A stretch of DNA of 58,922 nucleotides, counting the filler. It is 5 parts of 5 records of this genome, joined end to end, with 100 filler letters (N's around TTAATTAATTAA, not from the genome) between each part and the next. Parts side by side here need not be neighbours in the genome. Positions count along the whole stretch, not along the records: positions 51,483 to 58,922 come from SRR31147125_59534; 4 more parts are not named here. One strand, written 5' to 3'. This document shows positions 58,301 through 58,922 of the stretch, piece by piece (positions within the stretch are counted from its first letter, which is position 1; each line of letters opens with the position of its first letter). Position numbers and translations under genes: made by a program. The notes under the pieces are model-generated. The model did no database searches. It was not told the DNA's origin and was given only the letters and a program-made list of their open reading frames with translations.

Positions 58301-58786
58301 GTGGGGGATGATGAGGTGATGAACGGGTTTTTCCGTTAATTTGTCTCTTCCCGGAACACCGCTTGATTCCACAGGAGTCCCATTAATCCATACTTTACAG
58401 ACGGAAAGAACATCGGTGATGAGCAGGGAGTGAATAACGGAATCGGGCTTCATTTTTATTTTAAGGCGATAGGTGGCATATCCCTTTGCCGAGAGGAGGA
58501 CACCATTGACGCCTCTTCCTTGCCAGAGTCCCGGAAGATGGAGATATTCCTTTTTATTTTCTTGGGATCGGATGTCAAGCTCCGTGGGCTCAAGGAGTTC
58601 GTTCCAATAAAATTCCCACTCTCCGTTCAGGGTGACCAGTCCATCTTTTTTAAAATTCCATTGTGCAAAATCGACGACGCCTTTTGAAGCAAGGGGGGTT
58701 CTTTTACCGGATCCCATCGTTGTGGCAACAATTAAAACAAAACTCAAAAACAGAACACCAATTATCAATTTTTTTGCAACAAACAT
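55304..58786 (-). CDS. Hybrid sensor histidine kinase (7TM-DISM sensor, HisKA, HATPase, REC, PAS) with a ChiS-family C-terminal DNA-binding domain
   Basis: 'LNGEWEFYW..LL' DISM-type extracellular domain and ~7 TM; FLANTSHELKTPL; NAVKFT, DTGIGI, GTGLGL; REC VVDD/LLDIMMP/LTAK/KPF; tail 'TKVELAEASRIWNVY...RTQTLDKYL...LPKKPRW..V..TA.FVL'. Confidence 0.88.
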   Translation of the reverse strand: MFVAKKLIIGVLFLSFVLIVATTMGSGKRTPLASKGVVDFAQWNFKKDGLVTLNGEWEFYWNELLEPTELDIRSQENKKEYLHLPGLWQGRGVNGVLLSAKGYATYRLKIKMKPDSVIHSLLITDVLSVCKVWINGTPVESSGVPGRDKLTEKPVHHLIIPHFISSGGSIDLILQVSNYHNLQGGINVPILLGPQDQVQKKLNKKWISTALMGGALLVMGLYHLVLFSMRRSEKTNLYFGLYCLMWYLSTVFGVSGGFLMATLFPELPWRVSIDLTLLPFGLTIPLLILFYHALFPKRHATIVERVYITLGALYIAYILFTPPNAYDWMPLLYFIVTRTAFVYLFYSFATDLIKKEEGARFLIPGYTVLGISEINEILLDLNIINSVALIPDPYGAFIFILSYSFFISLRFSHALSTVEKLSKKLETTNRRLLNLDRVKDEFLANTSHELKTPLAGMIGISEALLSGSGGKLSAVASENIKIIMASGKRLSNLVNDVLDFSRLKHKDIILQQKSVNIFHVAETVLAVSRELAKGKRLILVNEIPHDISTVYADEERLEQIFNLVGNAVKFTEEGRITISAVEVNDQVEISIADTGIGIPQELHELIFESFEQVSPFKKTTTGGTGLGLPITRKLVELHRGVIQVDSDKGKGAVFRFTLPKPPEEMTAKRSETASLPVENPIDMALDGYHKRIPVTFPHWEDTGQEPEGPALSHSDAIPPHYHVLVVDDEAVNLHMITSHLQLAGIPVQTAGNGENALAALEEGNIPDVILLDIMMPGLNGYEVCRELRKKHSASDIPVIMLTAKNRIEDLVEGFGAGANDYLTKPFAKDELLARVKTQLKLKKAYEIQKENVKLKKELSMRRQTEHELKLMQHRLSEMLNTIDDAIFALNQSLEISFCNHSFESLTGHTAGKLLGKPFRALIDDQKNKEVQRIIHDLFEMPATPVKKGSYHDFTIKKADGRNFKGVVFITTLELEEELLHLMILRQSPTTGNFHHAISSVSLVNELNKNRQRILALEETLISLETAKPENSKAVFDDLKAIDLLLEKLSRNAKEKDSRMDAKRQLAVRVMMLSVDLWSTATQTTKVELAEASRIWNVYVEKDGYCRTQTLDKYLSEKTLPKKPRWKQVFATANFVLATCDQTLPLRDKLQESLSQLKEIF

Positions 58787-58922
58787 GTTTTTTTGTTTTT
58801 TGTGACATCCTTATTTTGTCTATTGCCGCTCCAGCAATTCCCGGTAAGAAACCTGGATTGAAAACAGATTAAAAATCACTATTTTTAAATGGTTTATATG
58901 AAAAACCTCACGCGTATCGGTT

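Overview
This window is five unrelated contigs joined by artificial 100-nt N spacers containing TTAATTAATTAA (5596-5695, 21955-22054, 27850-27949, 51383-51482), so gene context holds only within a contig. Taxonomic labels below are inferences from composition and protein style. A (1-5595, Desulfobacterales-like): an AT-richer amidohydrolase + Asp/Glu racemase pair, then an EFR1-type ferredoxin, MarR-GNAT, a HAD nucleotidase and partial LysE. B (5696-21954, KSB1/FCB-like): leuA-leuB-cimA-argJ-proC-argC-argB-argD, an IF-2B-like protein, a Na+/H+ antiporter, a YdjC deacetylase and a secreted GH31. C (22055-27849, very AT-rich, Fusobacteriota-like): adhE end, a propeller/Y_Y_Y-PP2C sensor phosphatase, a zinc-ribbon protein and glmU. 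D (27950-51382, Marinimicrobia/FCB-like): a ~21-kb glycan-utilisation locus with no SusD. It holds a TonB receptor, a sorting-domain partner, PorV, two beta-barrels, beta-propeller proteins, a GHL10 hydrolase, a ROK repressor with a candidate operator, a permease, a lone hydantoinase-A and DUF5009, and lies divergent from an SGNH esterase and an L,D-transpeptidase-like lipoprotein. It may scavenge peptidoglycan or amino sugars. E (51483-58922, Desulfobacterales-like): an MvhD domain, larA, a secreted collagen-like protein and a ChiS-type DNA-binding hybrid kinase. Top finding: by eye, the C-terminal half of the collagen-like protein aligns with domains I and III of the gamete fusogen HAP2/GCS1, with both domain-II excursions cleanly absent. 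It sits directly downstream of the ChiS-like sensor. Four genes carry single-base homopolymer deletions, most likely sequencing errors. No rRNA, tRNA, CRISPR array or transposase was seen.
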